Shown: positions 12,763-26,215 of the stretch, piece by piece
Position numbering within the stretch: position 1 is the stretch's first letter
Layout of the letters: each line of letters starts with the position of its first letter
Assembly: GCA_001949185.1 (NCBI GenBank)
Contig: BDGG01000001.1
Location: 2,683,324-2,747,323, forward strand
Direction: 5' to 3'
Source of the DNA: Ramazzottius varieornatus
Taxonomy: Eukaryota > Animalia > Tardigrada
Length of the DNA: 64,000 bases
Notes under the pieces: generated by a model
What the model was told of the DNA's origin: nothing
Database searches by the model: none
What the model saw: only the letters and a program-made list of their open reading frames with translations
Position numbers and translations under genes: made by a program

Positions 12763-15700
12763 TTATCTGGTTTCCAGGAGTTGTTGAGTGGTGCCATCTT
12801 TGGTGGAAATGGCCACAGGGACAGTCAAGTCGCTGCCTCGGACATCGCGGGCCTTCACCAGCTCGTACTCGTCCAGACCGTTCTTCCGGACAACCTGCAA
12901 CTCGATACCGGATCGTTGCAGTGGCGGCCATTGGTTTCCGACGAACAGCTGGTACACAGCGACGCCCAACAAAGCTCCCAGGTGAGGTCCGATGACGGGT
13001 ATCCAGAACCAGTTGTGGTTGCGGAAGCTGAAACAGAATAGTTTTATGAGGAACTGAAGTACAACGTCCCAACTTGAGTGGCGTACTCTAGTCAAAGCTT
13101 CCGGTTCTAACAATACTGTAGTACGCTGACTATATTTCTTGCTGTTTGTTTTGTAGTTACCTGAAGGGTTCAACTCCCCATCCGCCGACCAAAGTGAAGA
13201 GTCTTGGGCCAAGATCGCGAGCAGGGTTGACGGGGAAGCCGCAGTTGTAACCGTAGCTGAGACCGATAGCAGTCACCAACAAGCCAACCAAGATGGGAAC
13301 AACGCCCTTTGGAGGAGCCTGCAACAAGGAGCAACTGGTCAACCTCAGCTCTTCAGACGTCCAAAGCAAACATAGAAGGTACATACCGTGTTGCGTTCGT
13401 CAGTCAGGGCCAAGATTCCTGAGGCACGAGAAAAAAGAGTAAAAGTCTTTCAAACTTTAGAGAATGCAGCAAACATCACGCAGCGTTCAGGCTTACCAAT
13501 CATCAAGAAGCTAGTGGCAAAAATCTACAAAAAGCAGATCGTGTTAGGCTATCAACACGAGAAGTCTGATTGTTTAAACCAACAGTTTTTTGCTGTTGAA
13601 ATACCAACCTGGTCAACAAGGCCTCCTCCCCAGGTCAGATGTTCTTGCGGATACGAGGCGAAGATGCTGGCGGTAGCATTGGGGTGAGCAGGGTTCGTGA
13701 TGCGATAGCCTGTAAGATTGAACAGTTTTGTTCATGTATCCAATCCATTTCCGCCAGATGGCGCGATTCTCACGTACTGACATCGCGGGAATTTAAACGA
13801 AGACATTACATACCACCATCGTGGGCGTAAAAAGCGTCAGCGTAGATGGCATACAGGACCGCCGAAGCCACGAAGCATCCCAAATACTGAGCCAAAAAGT
13901 AAATTCCCACTTTGCGCCATTGCAGCTTCCCCAAAACAGCCATGCCAAGCGAGACTGCTGGGTTGAGATGACCGCCTGTAAATAATGTATTATTCAAGTC
14001 GATACTTCTTGTAGTCTGTTTTTATCGCATATTGAAACTTTCCTAATCTCAATCGGGTTTTGGTTTGGATTATGGGTTTTCGGTGTGGAAGAATGCATCT
14101 GGTCTAAGTGGGATCGGGGCGGATATACCAGCAGATAAGAATCTTGCGGGGAAGATAAGGTACAGTTGAGTGACTGCGTGGAATGCTCTTTCATGCGTTA
14201 AGATCCCAGAAAACAATTTGGAGTGTGACATTTATCTGTGATGAATTTTCAAGACCTCGTTTGCTTATCCTGTACAATGCCGGTAAGTGTCTGTGCCGCA
14301 GCCACATACTGGGTAATATTATCTGTCACATCTTGCACGCTGAAGTTGTTAAGATGGCGGACCTGTTTGGCAGCATTGCATGTGCCACAGAGTAAGACTT
14401 TGATGCCGGGTACAAAGTATGTGATTGTGGTGCGTGTATGTGTGTTGGTGTGTGGGAAAAGGGGAGAACTAACAGTCTATCTCGGTATGCCGACGTGAAG
14501 TTCAAAAGTAAGCTTTACGTGTACTGTAGTGATGGAGAATAATGATGAACTAGCGGTCTTTATGAATTTTCCATTAGACACGTCTTGATCGAGTACAGTG
14601 TAATGCTGACTTACCAGACACACCACCGGCGATGTAAACTCCAAATGCCACGGCTAGTCCATAGGCGATGTTGATGCTGAAAAAGTTGTTAACGGCTCCA
14701 GTTTTCCTATGAAAAAGCATTAGACAAAATTTCTCGCACTGTCGAATGTAAACTCTATTTGAATATGGCCAGATAATGCTTACGCGCTCAGAACCACCTC
14801 AGCCACTGCGCCGTTGCCGAAGATCTACAAACGAAAAGATAACTTCGAACACCGATATCAATACTGTCAAAAGCATGAACAGCATCAGAGAAACCACGCC
14901 CTGTTTCACCGTGGGAGTTGGGAATACCTGACTTGCTTCTGAACCGCGATGATTGATTGAGCGTTCACGCAGTGAATCGCCAATCAACCAATGCAAGCAA
15001 GACTAACCATATAGCGTGCTGGCATGGGACCTCGATGAATTCTCCCACGGGGAAATTCCACCAGAAAGATCGATTTATCAAAAATTAATCACAGTAGTTT
15101 TCGGTCAATTTAAAAGTTCGTGTTGATTTTTGACTATTTTAGAAAAGTATAGGACCGGTTTTTCAAGTGTGTGAAAGGTTCGTGTAAATATTCGATATCG
15201 ATACTATATTATTGAGTTGTTGATGACCTCGTCCTTTATGTTTACAGGAAGACCAGGAGACTTCACTGTAATGAAAATCGATGGGGAGAAGCTTGAAGCA
15301 AACAGAATTAGTACACTTACAATGAGGATAAAGGATCCCAGGAATTCGGCTAATCCCTCTCGAAGCAGTGGATTGGAGATGTGAGTGGTGCGGGCGAGCT
15401 TGTAGCGCCATCCTGTGCGGTCAGGAAGAGCCACGTCGGCGTCCGTCATCTCGTTGTCGTAGTCTCTAACCAGGGTCAAATTATTCCGAGGTTGTCCGGA
15501 CGAGTCGAGAATGGAAGCCGGTGGCAGAAATGGCTCTCTTTCCGTCGGCGAAGACGGCGAAATAACGGGCGCGCGGGTACGGGTAAGTGGCGAGGGCGAA
15601 TGCTGCGCTGGTTGATCAGATATTTGAATTGGAATATTGCGCTCGCGTGAAGGCGATTCACTGCTACTCGCCGTCAAGTCGCGCACGTACGTTGGTGGAC

Positions 15701-15797
15701 TTCGCCGGCCTGTTCCCCTACCACTAGTACTTGTGCTGTTCAAGAGGGCGTTGTCAGCGCTGTTCTCCAGACTTGAGTTAGTATTATGGCCGCTCAT
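12763..15797 (-). CDS. Aquaglyceroporin (MIP family, AQP3/9/10-like) with long Ser/Pro-rich N-terminus
   Basis: [44 protein letters not shown] and [13 protein letters not shown]. The D after the second NPAR is the aquaglyceroporin signature. ATG of MSGHNTNSS at 15797. Confidence 0.95.
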
Positions 15798-18700
15798 GGT
15801 AGAGGGCTGAAGCAAGACCAACTGTACCAGCTGTCTCTAGTTGGTCTTGGCCGAAGAAGGGAAGTTGGCCCAGGGTCCAAAGCTGCTTTGCGTGTTAATA
15901 TTCTTCTTTGTCCTGAGAGTTTTCTTGCACACGTCTTGCAGACCTGAATAGGACACATCCTTGATTAGGACCAAGCGTTAGAAGGCGCAGATTGATGAGA
16001 CCAGAAGATAAATGAATGCGCGGCTCAGTTATTCTTATTTTTACAGTCGTGAGGGAAGGGAAGCTCGGAGAGCTGGGAAGCTGTTAGGGTGACAGCTGAT
16101 TCGGAAATAGCTCTTGTGAGAATTAATTATCAGTGCAGATAGTTCGAGCCGGCGACGACCAGCCATAGGACCCCCAGTGACCCCACAGCTCATAATATCA
16201 TAATAAGCTAGCACTGAATGAACTGCAGGTCAACCAGACAGATTCCTTTTTGCGTTAGCATGAAAGGAGAAGAGTATATGGGAGAGAACAGAGGTGGTAT
16301 TTAATTTAGAAAGAGTTCACATGGGCATTTTAGGAGACCGCCATTATGCTACGCACGTAGTACGATGTGACACATGTCGGCCATTCTTCCTCGTAAACGA
16401 GGAAATTGCCGGCCTTGAGCCAGTGTGTATTATTTTAACTTCGCTTCTGGAGGAGAAAGGCATCAGTCATCTGGCTCCCAGAATAAATAAGCTTCAAGGC
16501 CACAGAGAGTAGAGGTTGTGGCGCAGAGGAGGAAAATTCGTGGCTCGCGTGATGATAGTTTGACAATTGACAGGCTTTGCCAAAAGTCGTCTGGACATAT
16601 TTAGGCTAGCTTCAAAAATTCTTGTTGCTCTTCCCGTGATACTCGGCACTGCCGCACAGCCACTTTCCCGTTCTCTGTGTATGGTATCTTTCTTCCGTGT
16701 CACACAGACTCACACATGGCTAGGCAAATACTATGGTGTGACATACCTCATCCACATTTGCCAGATGCGCGACTATGGCGTGCTTGTTTATAGTCTGCTG
16801 GCCGCTCTTTGAGAGGAAATGAGCTTCCCAAAACAAATCAATGGCGAAAACGAGTGCAAAAGGCAGATCAGAAGATAGGATGGATCATGAAGATGCTCAA
16901 GAGCAGATAGACACATGCACACACATGCAGATGTGATGCAGGCCTTCAAACCGCGTATTGATTAGGTTGCGGCGGAAGCGGCGCAGTTCAAAGAGTGGAC
17001 GAGATCGAAGGAAAGGCCGGCGTGTCAAGTAAGCAAGAATATACTTCCACCGAGATTTCCTCTGACCCAAAATTCTCGATTGAACTATCCAGATTTCCTG
17101 TGCAATTTACCTGTTTTCCTGCATCGAGTGAAATAATTTTCTTCTGGCTTCATTCTGCAGGCTGCTGCCCGAGCAAGGACCAAGACCTGGCCATACCTTC
17201 TTCTTTGAAAATCATATCTACGCTGGTGCATCATCACCCGCCCACGATTTTCGTAAGCCGAACCTACTCTTCAATTCCACCAGCGAGACAGACAGGTATG
17301 TACCTGCAAGTTAACTTAAAAAGCCTTTGTGTCGAGGTGCATGATGAAGAGTGGTATAGAGTGTACCGGTGTGTGCTCAGCATGTGGCCGCATCGGCGCG
17401 CAAAACAACCTTGCCGGAAGCGCTTCCTGAATTACCACAACGGAAATCCTTGAGTGACACAGGTGTTTTTGGCATCCTTGAAATGTCTCTCTTTCTTGAG
17501 CTTTGCCAAACATCTTCCCCAATAGATAAACCGTTTTTCGGTATGGTTAGCAAGTGGACAGTACGAGGAAGTGATACAGGACGCTAGATACACGAACTCG
17601 AAAACGTTACCTTCAGACCAGTAAAACGTTTGTTTTGGGGAGAGAGCAAAAGACCAAGCTTAGAGACACGCGACGTATTGGTTAGAAGTCCCTGCCGAGG
17701 AATCGACAAATGAACTGAACATGATCGTTGTCTCAAGTGGCGCAGCTTATCATTGTCTTTGGCTGAGGCTTCGGGCCACTTGAGAAAACCATTGCGTCAA
17801 AGTCACTTACTAATGTCCCAAATATTTCTATCGTTTCGCGCTTGGTACGAACAGCGTTGGCGGGACGTTGACCTGCGCGAGTCAGCTTATATTAGATTTC
17901 GGGAACATAATGGTCGGCAAACCCGAGATTAGTTTCGAGTATATTGAGGCATGATTGCTGATGCTTTCTTCGAGCAAATCGTGTCCACAAGCACTGCAAA
18001 TCTGGGTATTGTGTTTGTGATGTCGCGAGGATTTTTCCGCGATGTCAGCAATTTTTGTTCGATGACGGAGGAACCGGTTTGATGAGGTGACGTCCAGGGA
18101 CAGAGTGGCGCACAATTACTGTAATTATGTTTGATGGTCACAGGGACAAAAAAGAAGCATGGTCGACTCGACGGGTGGACATACATTTCACAATTGGTCT
18201 GACGATGGGGTGCATGTCAGTATTATGCCTTCTCGGCTTTCTTTCCCAGCAATGCCTGGACCAACCCTAGCCGCATCACTCACTGACCGGTTTCCGGGCA
18301 TAGCCGGTTGAACATCCTTTTGCACTTGTTATTCAAGATGTCAAATCTAACATGCAACAATGGCGTCTTCCGAATGTTGTCTTACAACGTTTAGCACGTA
18401 CCGAGAAGTGCAGCCTTGTCGTGGCTAGCGATGCGTACCGCAAAAACTGCACGCGCCAGTCTGCGTAATTATGCTAGGGGGTAATGTGAGCTTTCCACAA
18501 GAAATCGATTCTGATTAAGGTTCCCCGTAATCCCTGGTCAATCATGCTTGATTGAATTGAAGTGCTTTACTCTAGATCAACACATTAGACGTGTACGGTT
18601 TCGGTGAAACGAAGACCCATATTACAGGGACCTCGTTCCTCTGGTTAGTACTGTACCACAGTTCAATGATAATCAGGGCTGATTATAGCTAAACATTAAT

Positions 18701-20796
18701 GGAGTTTGACGGCACTAACCAAGTACCGATACTCTAAGCACCGAACACTGGTAGAAAAGCAAGCGCCGCATAGAAAATTTCATCAGAGTTTTGAAAATTT
18801 GATGAAGTGACAGAACTAGAAAAACCGTAATTGGTACTGCAGGAAGATTCGGTTTATGGTGAGTTTTTTCCCACGAGATTTCGATCATGTCTCGCAGGGA
18901 ATGATTATTGGAGGTTTAACAGCTTGTTGCTGGGTTCCCTGGTCGACAGGAAATGGTGTTACTGATTGAACCGTCTGTAGTGGATTTTGAAGTAGATTCA
19001 CCCCGGTGCTTTGTTTGCTCTCTAGTGATGAAGACACGTGTTATTGCCGTAAACCGGTGTGGTTACAGCCGCAGAGCAAACACGTTTCAACGTTCAGAAC
19101 AAATAACCTACTGTCAATTTCGTGCTTAAAATGGGGCTCGGAGGCTATGCATAGCTTCCGTCTATGGGCAAGATGCTCTTCAAGGAGGAACAGGAGGTCT
19201 AAAAAATATGAGACACTGATTTTAGTACGAGAACTTTGGGCTGTGTGGTTTGCTGTGTGAATGGTGGCGACCTCTTGGTTCATTATTCTGCAAAATCTAT
19301 GGTTTATTCAGAAGCCATAAAAGCACCATATTTCGCAGGTCGTTGGAGCAAGTAATCAGCCATCCAAATGGGACATTTGCAAGTTATAATGGGTCGTCTT
19401 GCTCCCCTTTAGCACCTGTAAATGTCCGGCTTTATGGAAACAGCACGGCAGACGATGTGAATAATCGAGGCTCCCCGTGGAGGTTCTCCGATATTGCTTC
19501 TACGTCCTGCTGACTTTCATTTTTCCCTCTGAGATAATTTGAAGTTCAAACCGCCAAGCACTGACCGCTTCCGGTGAAAAGCTCCCCTCCCTTACCAGCT
19601 CTAATTTTGATGGATGAAAATGGAAAAGTGGTTGGTAGAATCAGTGGACGAGGGTGTTGTTTGCTTTCGGCTGACGCAGTCTTTGACCGACTTAATTCAC
19701 ATCTTGTGAAGATTGAAACTGCTCAAACATTACTCGAGTGGACAAAGCAGAGCTTAGGATTAAATCTAGAGTAGCCATTTTGAACGCAGGCAGATATCCA
19801 GTAACGACGGTCCACTCTGCGCCCTGTGAGGCCTTTTAGCGGGCACCGGGAATGTTTAGAGATCCTCACCACTCGGTCCTGCGCGCTGTGGCGGAAGTGC
19901 CGGTTCCGGCAGACCACCATCTGCATGTTAACTCAATCGAACAAAGCAGCTTTTATAACGTCCCTCCAACATCCCCCGGCAATCAAGTTATTTCGTTAAC
20001 CACTATCATCCTCTAAACTGCCTTTCGGTAATTTACAAACGATCACTGTAGTTCAATCTCGTTGATTTCTGAGACGTGGTGGGGAAAAAAAGAATTTTGT
20101 TCTGTGGAAAATGAAAGGCTGTTATTCGACAGATCGACTGGTCAAGCAATTCTTTTGTTAACTGAACCTTTTTAGTACGCATGAAAGCATTTACGGGTCA
20201 TCCCGAAGCATGTCTCGTCATCGCACGTGGTAATGTTCGCCGGCAATCGGTCGTATTATGAAGGGATCTGGCTGTGAGTCCAGCTGCCCGCCTATCGTTT
20301 CCGATCGAAGTGCGTAAATGACCCAGTTTGAATTCTCAATAGATCCTTCTCAGCAGCTCAATACGTGTGAGCTCTTTCTATTCTTTCTATCGATCCAGTT
20401 TCGCGAACACAATATAATGCGGTACTGATAGGAGTAAATTCGGGCCTGTTGGTGTTAGTTTTGCCTTATGTTAGGCACAATAGAATTCAGGATTCTTTCC
20501 GCATGGATGCAATGGAAAAATACCATGGTTTCTATTTCACTGACCCAATAAGAGGAAATTCATTTAACATGCGAGTATAATGGGCCATTTTCGGATCGTT
20601 ACATGCCTTTTCTTTACAGGAAGACGGTATTGATCGGTCTCTGGCTACCTGAAGGAAGAGTCGGGACCCGAGTGGATAAACATCCTGAGCACGCCAGCAC
20701 ACACGCGCGCGCGCCTTTTCCGCCTCTCCACCGTTAACCTCCTAAACTCAATTACCCCATTGGATAAGTCGCCGTACGAAGTCTGCAGACGCTAAC

Positions 20797-23390
20797 ATGG
20801 CTGGAACCGAAGGAAGCACCGCTACCTACGAGAAGCAAACGATCGAAGTGATCCATCCCGTAGCTCCAACACCGTCCACTGGTACGCAACAGAGTTACAC
20901 AGAAGTAGAATAGTATTTGCATTCCAAGGGAGAGTGTTTGAGGTCGCTGATACACCACGTTTATATAGTTTTTTCCCCGTTGTTTATCACGCCAACTATC
21001 CATCGGAACTTTGCTACTGTAGCAGTCTTTGTCAGATTTTATAGTATCGGTGCGTGACAGACCCGTGAGATCGTGAGAGTGGAAGGAAAGTTACGGACTA
21101 CGGACTTGAGTAGATAGTTTATTTGGTGTACCAGTGAGGTCGCCCATTCGCTGAAGATTAGCATCTTCCAACGGGGTGAAGTTCGGCTGATATTTTACTC
21201 GCCAGTTGCATGGCTTTTGGTTTCGCGGGGAAAATCCAGGTTAATAATTTTTATATTGATTTTCTGGCATGGTTGATGACTAGCGTTGTCATCGATGCGC
21301 AAAGCTCAGTTATTTTAGTCAGATTAGCGGTTGAAATTGACTCTTGCTTCGATTTGGCCAAATTGGTACCTATTTGATCGAGTTGTTTTTTTGCAGAGAG
21401 TCGACGTTTACTGATCTCAGAGGATCAACTGAATGACGCTGCGTACCTATTGAGTCGGGACGATTATCCAGCAAAACACAAGCCCGTCATGCCGCTCTTC
21501 AAGAATCAGTATGTGCGGGAGTTCTTGGCCGAGTTCCTCGGAACCTTCATTCTCATTGTACGTAATGCCCGCCTTTGAAGTCAACTAGTGTAACCTTCGA
21601 TGTTTTAAGTTGCAATATTCTGCTTTTGTTTCTTTGCTAGATCTTTGGGAACGGCGCAGTGGCACAGTTCGTCCTCTCTTCGAAGAATCCATCCACTGGA
21701 CCTGTCAGCAATTTCTTCGCCATCAACATTGCCTATGGACTGGCTGTGGCGTTCGGTGTCTACGTCGCCGGTGGAGTCTCTGGTGCGTCTCGAACTTATA
21801 ACTCTCGAGTCTGACGGCGATCTACAGTATATCATCGTCCTCGTTCGTTGGCTAGGATTTCCGTATTCAGACCAGACACAGTGTACCCTTCAATGGTGCT
21901 TTTTTGCAGGTGGCCATCTGAATCCAGCCGTGTCCTTGGCGATGTGCTTATTACGGTGAGACATTTTTACGACATTTATGACCGCGAGAATAGGATGCGA
22001 AACAAAATTGCCATCAATATGCGTTAAAATGTCTATCCGTGAACTGTTCCAGCAAGTTGAAATGGCGAAAATTACCGGTATACATGGCGGCGCAGTATCT
22101 GGGTGCATGGACGGCCAGTGGTTAGTAGATGCATTGATCTTTCGCGGGAACAATTCGTGTTCATCAATTTGCTGACTTTCTCTCGTTGTCCCCCACAGCT
22201 TGCATCCTTATGATCTACTACGGTGAGTTGACCGAGCTAGTCTCCCATCGTGTGCGCAACCAGAAAACGAAGTAAAGAAAGACCTTTGTGTCTTTGACTT
22301 CCCATTACGATCGATTTTCTCCATGTGAAACATCTGTGTAATCAGTCGTCATAAAGAGGTCTAAGCCTCAACGATGACATTGCTGGTATGAGGAGCTGTA
22401 ATGATTTGGCCGCTTTTCCTTGTAGATGCCCTTGTCCATCACGAACGCAACACCAACACTTCTCGCGAACTTGACACCGCCGGTAGATTTATATATTTTC
22501 TTTAGAAATCTTTCTGGTTTTCCTTAGCGGTACGTATGTGGCGACCTGGCTTACTCGTTTCTCTCGACAGGTATTTTCGCATCCTATCCACAATCATTTT
22601 TGACCTGGCAGAATGGTTTGGCGGACCAAATTTTTGGAACGGTAAGCCTAAGCTGTTAGAAAACTACCAGGGATTGTTTTCTCTCTTATCTGAAATAAAC
22701 ATCGCAGATGCTGCTGATGCTGGGCATTTTGGCGCTGACCGACGAGCGGAACTCCAAGTAAGGAAAAGCTGGATAAAAAATGTGAAAGCCTTCTACTCTG
22801 ATCAGTGATGATTATTCTCGTCAATAGCCCACACAAGGGAATCGTGCCTATCCTAGTTGGACTGCTGATTGCCGCCATTGGTCTAAGCTTCGGATACAAC
22901 TGTGGATATCCCATTAATCCCGCTCGTGACTTAGGTCCTCGCATTTTTGTAAGTCCAGAACGTGATGGAATGTTACATACATTGCTGGAAATTGACTCAT
23001 GAATAACTAATTCATCTCTGCACATTCATCTTTTCAGACTGCCATGGCCGGTTGGGGAAGCAAGACCTTCAGGTACTGAAAAGTCTCGTAGATGCAAGCA
23101 AAGCAAGGCTTTACTTCGAGCTTCAACACATGAGATTGATTTTCAGCGTTAACAACTACAACTGGTTCTGGATCCCAGTTATCGGACCTCACATTGGCGC
23201 GCTTATCGGTGCTGTGGTTTACAACTTTTTCATCGCAAAACACTGGCCCGGCAGACAAGCTTCCGCCCGTGACCAGCCAACCATCGTCCACACCATCCAC
23301 GCCACACCAGCTTCGCCGCCTGGTTCTTCCACCTACCAGCCATTAAAGACCTCGTCCTCGTCCTACTCCCACACCGGTAGGTTGTACTGA
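20797..23390 (+). CDS. Aquaglyceroporin (MIP family), paralog 2
   Basis: Putative exon 1 20797-20881 (MAGTEGST...) splices in phase to the exon at ~21397. Then [57 protein letters not shown]; stop at 23390. Alternative start at 21489. Confidence 0.93.
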
Positions 23391-24145
23391 CTTTGTGTCG
23401 AAATTGCCCATGGTCGAGCTGAAGCTGGATCGGGACGGTCTTTTTTAGATTACCGAACATAAGCCTCAGAGAAGAGTGGAACAAACAGGAGTCATTTTGA
23501 CGCACGGTACCACGTTCCTCGCTAGTTTTTTACTGGGTCTTTTTTGGCGTTGTTTACTTTTGACTCACGACTGCATTTCATAACCCTCATGCCAAATATA
23601 CTCGTCATAATAACTGAGAACTCGTGGACGCCGGTTTCGACGAACCGTGGTACGTCCTGGTTACGTTCACGCATTTCAGTTTCTAGTTCGTAAAAGTATT
23701 TTGGAATTTGGACTTTCTGCTCGTTAGTCGTTCTCGTATCTTACTTCTGCAAACCTTGTTCTTTTCACTAGCTGGCTATACAGTTATGAACTCAAATATA
23801 TTAATATCCTCATCCAAAACAAAACGAATTGTGTGATTTCCGTCAGACCAAACAGCAATGCAGACTTTGAGAACGACGCTGTCTTCAGTTACAGTAAGGA
23901 AAGGGTTGGCGCGACAGCAGTAACAATACTGTATTCACTCGATAGTTCAGCGCAGTCACATGCCAGGGCCCACGAAATAGGCCTCAGGTGATCGTGTATC
24001 GGTCGGCAGGTCCCAGTGAGTGTTTTGTGGGCCTGTCACGTAAATGCGTAGAACTTTTGAGGGAATATAGTTCTTTTCCTCTAGGATTCCTCTTGTCTTC
24101 CGAGGGATTTAGTTCAGACCACAAAAGCTCGTAGCGCGCGGGGAT

Positions 24146-25070
24146 CTAGTCACAGGAATGCCTTCGAAGTGAGCCCCCGTGGGAACCCATTCCCGGAAAA
24201 AAACCTGGCGACTCGCGTGACGAGATTTCAGATACCGCCGGACTGCTCTTCGAACAGACAATTCTTTTCGAATTCTGTCTTATGTAGGTCCTCTGTAGGT
24301 TATGCAGCAGGAAGTCGTTCAGAGCACATTTCAACCATTCAGGTTGTTCAGGCGAAAACGGCTAAGTTAGAATACTCCTGCTTGCCCAGCTCGCGGTGCA
24401 CTTTCATTTTTGAGCTCTTTTCCGTTCAGAGCAGAGTCAATATCAACGGCAAGATGTTTCCTGAGTTTTTCAGTACGTCTATTCGGTGGAATATTTAAAT
24501 TATAGTTGTGCGCCCGCATACTCTGCATGTCTTTTCCTCGTGTTTGCTGGGCTTACACCATCCTCCACTTGTATCGGATAACTGAATGGGGAACTCCTGG
24601 AGGAACTTGAAGCGGGAGTTATGAAAAACCACCGCAGACTTGACACCCGAACAATCGAACCCGTAACCGCTGACAATTGGTTATTCTGGGGTGTTTTTTC
24701 AGGATATGCATGCAGCAGGAACGATTCCTTGCGCAAGGTATCCGCGTTGAGCAACTTCAGGCAGCCGTGACAGCTAGAGACGGTTGACTTTTACGATCAC
24801 CCGCGAAACTTTGCGACTCAGCTTTCTGGGGTGGTCCGTGCCACGAATTAGCTCTGTGTAATCGGCATCCTGAATTAGAAAATCTGGGTACTCCACTCTG
24901 TTAGTTGCCTTTTTGAAGTAGTATTGGTAATCGGCATACGTTAGAAAGTCTGGACGAGCCGATTCGTAAGGGCCTCGAAGTACATACAGACACGATATAA
25001 CCCAGCATAGCGATCCCACGAATACCGCAGTAGCTGATCCCAATGTTTGCATACCCCGAAAACCCCACAT
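24146..25070 (-). pseudogene. Probable degenerate type II membrane glycosyltransferase (GT92/DUF23-like)
   Basis: N-terminal TM anchor (AVFVGSLCWVISCLYVL), then fragments FLLHAY, ALNDFLLHN and NSKRIVC...GMGSH resembling GT92 motifs (YSAY, LNDCL, SKxIV..H). They lie in separate short ORFs, and I could not build a clean spliced model. Confidence 0.35.
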
Positions 25071-26215
25071 TCGTGATTCAGTTCAAGATACGAATTTTCA
25101 TGATTATTCGAACCTGACCTCTATAAATAAAAGTCAATAGCCAAACCTCTGAAAGCGAGGGCTTCTGGTTATATCGAAGTGGGTAAGAACATCCAAATGA
25201 AGATCCCGTTGGACCAGAAGTCAGTATCGCTTCTCGTCAATCGTGGTTCCGTCGTGTAGTCTGATTAAACGAATAAATCGAGCGTTGAGGTATTGAAGAA
25301 AAAACAGATGTAGCTACAGCAAAGACCTTCACAATAGATACCCACGCAGAGATGGACTCGTGTTTGGAATGTACACTGCAGCTTTTTTGCTTACATGCCA
25401 CTGCATCTCCAGGAACGCCGCTTTCATGTCTCGCTTCCAGTGGAAAGTCACTCTCAAGAAACTACCTCGACGTTCCACGAACATACCTTTGAATTCCTCG
25501 ACCTTGACAGGAAGAAAGACGCTTTGAATCTGAAGGCCAACAATGGCGTCAGACCGGTTGTGAACCTCCTGGGCGTATTCTTGATAATGACGTTTGCGCG
25601 CCGGTATATCAATCTACAGGTCGCTTCTTACTGATCAGAGCGTCCCTGTCTAGGATCCCCGAGAACCAGGATGACTGCTATCCTTAATCCTTACCGTTGA
25701 TTCCTGCGCACAAAACGACGGAATCAACGAGCCAAACATGAAAGTCGAACAGGAACCAGTACGAAGTGAAGCCAGTGTGGTTCATCCGGCTCTATAAGTG
25801 CGATGTAAGCTGCGAAGCATGTCAAGAAGTTCATCTACTATGGCACAGGAAAGTCGAGCTTGTATGTGACATGCGATATTGTATGGTTCTCTTCTTTGTC
25901 TCAAGATGAGGACAAAAGTCCACACGATAAAATAGAAACAAAAGCAAAAATCGAATGATCGAGAGTTCTCGCCACAATAAATAGACAAGGGCTTGTCGAA
26001 GAAAGGAGTAGATCACAACAAAGGCTGCGCCTCTAATAAGATAATCAAAGCATCAAGACCAAGCCCTGATAAAACTAGAAGCTGCGTTGTGACCCTGAGA
26101 AAGCACTCTTTCGAATCACAGAAAAATAGACAAAAAATAGACAATCATTCCAGTTTACTCGACAGCAATAAACTGAACCGAAGCTGCGGTCGAATGATCA
26201 ATATTCCATTAAAAA

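Noticed and set aside
16995-17453. 152-aa ORF between the aquaporins
   Set aside because: GTG start and no recognisable homology; more likely UTR/intron sequence.
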